Made by a program: the position numbers and the translations under genes. A stretch of DNA of 63,793 nucleotides, the filler included, from Octopus bimaculoides (lineage: Eukaryota), in the NCBI RefSeq assembly GCF_001194135.2. It is 7 parts of 7 records of this genome, joined end to end, with 100 filler letters (N's around TTAATTAATTAA, not from the genome) between each part and the next. Parts side by side here need not be neighbours in the genome. Positions count along the whole stretch, not along the records: positions 62,441 to 63,793 come from NW_026367940.1; 6 more parts are not named here. One strand, written 5' to 3'. Under the pieces are notes generated by a model. The model made no database searches. It saw nothing but the letters and a program-made list of their open reading frames with translations, and was not told where the DNA came from. The stretch's first letter is position 1, and the number at the start of each line of letters is the position of its first letter. Shown here piece by piece: positions 62,491 through 63,793 of the stretch.

Positions 62491-63793
62491 TATATAAATT
62501 ATATATGAAATAAAGAGAAATATCTTTGACCTATGTTCTGCTTCATCAAGGTTGGCCAAGGGCTAAAAGAGTATGTCAAGCTGTCATGTTTAATCTTCGA
62601 GTGTTAACAGATGTTTGTTTTCCTATTAATTCCAAGGAAGCTGTCATTCTGCTCTTTTTGGGCACATGGGCTAATTATGAGTAAATGAGGGAACTTCTAT
62701 GTTGTCATTCAAATAGCCAGAAATATGGCGTAGTGGTTAGAAATTTCATGTCTTTTCTGTTTGACTTTCACTTTTCAATTCCTTCAATTTTGTTCCTATT
62801 AATTTTAAATTCAGTGTATTGATGAATTTTTTGTGCTAATTATGGAAATGAAATTCATTTTTGCCTTAAATTAATAAATAAAAAGTTAATAGCTTTTCAA
62901 GTTTGCAAAGTTTGAGTAATTTTAGCCAATCAAAAGCTGCAGATATATTAGCGCCTTCTTTCCTTGGTAACAAGCCAAGCTGTTGTGTAGTTTGCTTACC
63001 TGTCTGTTACCAATTTGTGTAACCTTTCATATACGATTGAAGAAATTGTTTCTAATTGGGTAAAAATTATCAAACTTTAAACCTGGAACAAGTGAATAAC
63101 AACATCAGATTCAGCATGCAAAATTACATCAATATACCAAATCTGAAAATTTTCACTTAATTTTAAAATTTAAAAAAGTGAAGCCAAATAGAAAAGATCC
63201 AAATCATTTTAAATGAACAATCATTGACAATGGTATTTTTATTTTAAGAAAAGATAGCCATTTCTGAACCAGATCTGATTACTGACAAATAAAATTAAAA
63301 TTAACCCTGTCTGTTTTTATGTATCCATATGAGAAATGAATGGAACTGGGTTTAAATAAAAAAAAAAGAAGATGAAATAAAGAAAGCAAAGACTGAACAA
63401 TGATCAAAAATGAAGAGTAATTTATCATTAAAATATGATACAGTAATTATATGGAGTGATTCCAGCAGCTTCTGCTCTGTGATCCATTCCAGAGATAGAA
63501 GAGCAAGAATTTGAAAACAACAATATATGGTTCCTATCACGTAAAGCCAGATGATAAAATATTCAGTGTTGATTCCTTCAATTGTAAATTGATATTGTCA
63601 AAATAATGAAAAAATCTGCCAATAGAAAAGAGGGAGAAGACATTGTTAAAAAAAAAAAAAAATTGGTGATTTGATATTTATAAAAATAACTGGCATCGAT
63701 ATAAAATAAGTTTGTTTTTAACTTTGATGAATGAGTGTCATAAATATGCAATGTTAATTCTCTAAATGAAGTATTAACAGTAACTGCACGATA

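Overview
AT-rich, microsatellite-dense animal genomic DNA from a gapped draft scaffold (about 4-5 kb of N). The SINE/RTE/Dong repeat complement looks like an octopus genome (inference from repeat families I recognise, not verified). I find no well-supported host protein-coding gene; nearly all long ORF-track hits are microsatellite or N-gap artefacts. The window is mostly transposon debris: three mariner pieces, two tRNA-headed SINE families, RTE LINEs, a same-strand cluster of R4/Dong-like LINEs in (TAA)n tracts, three Gypsy LTR-retrotransposon pieces and Penelope-like remnants. Best leads: (1) a near-intact type I hammerhead ribozyme at 9413-9488 plus two decayed relatives; (2) a ~390-bp high-complexity block present twice (12.5 and 15.5 kb) that I cannot assign to any TE; (3) a Gypsy element whose two LTRs share only their last ~120 bp, one LTR type carrying a conserved hairpin next to AATAAA; (4) a perfect 173-bp fold-back inside a decayed LINE; (5) a Gypsy piece captured in an RTE with target deletion and microhomology. 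All alignments and translations were done by eye.
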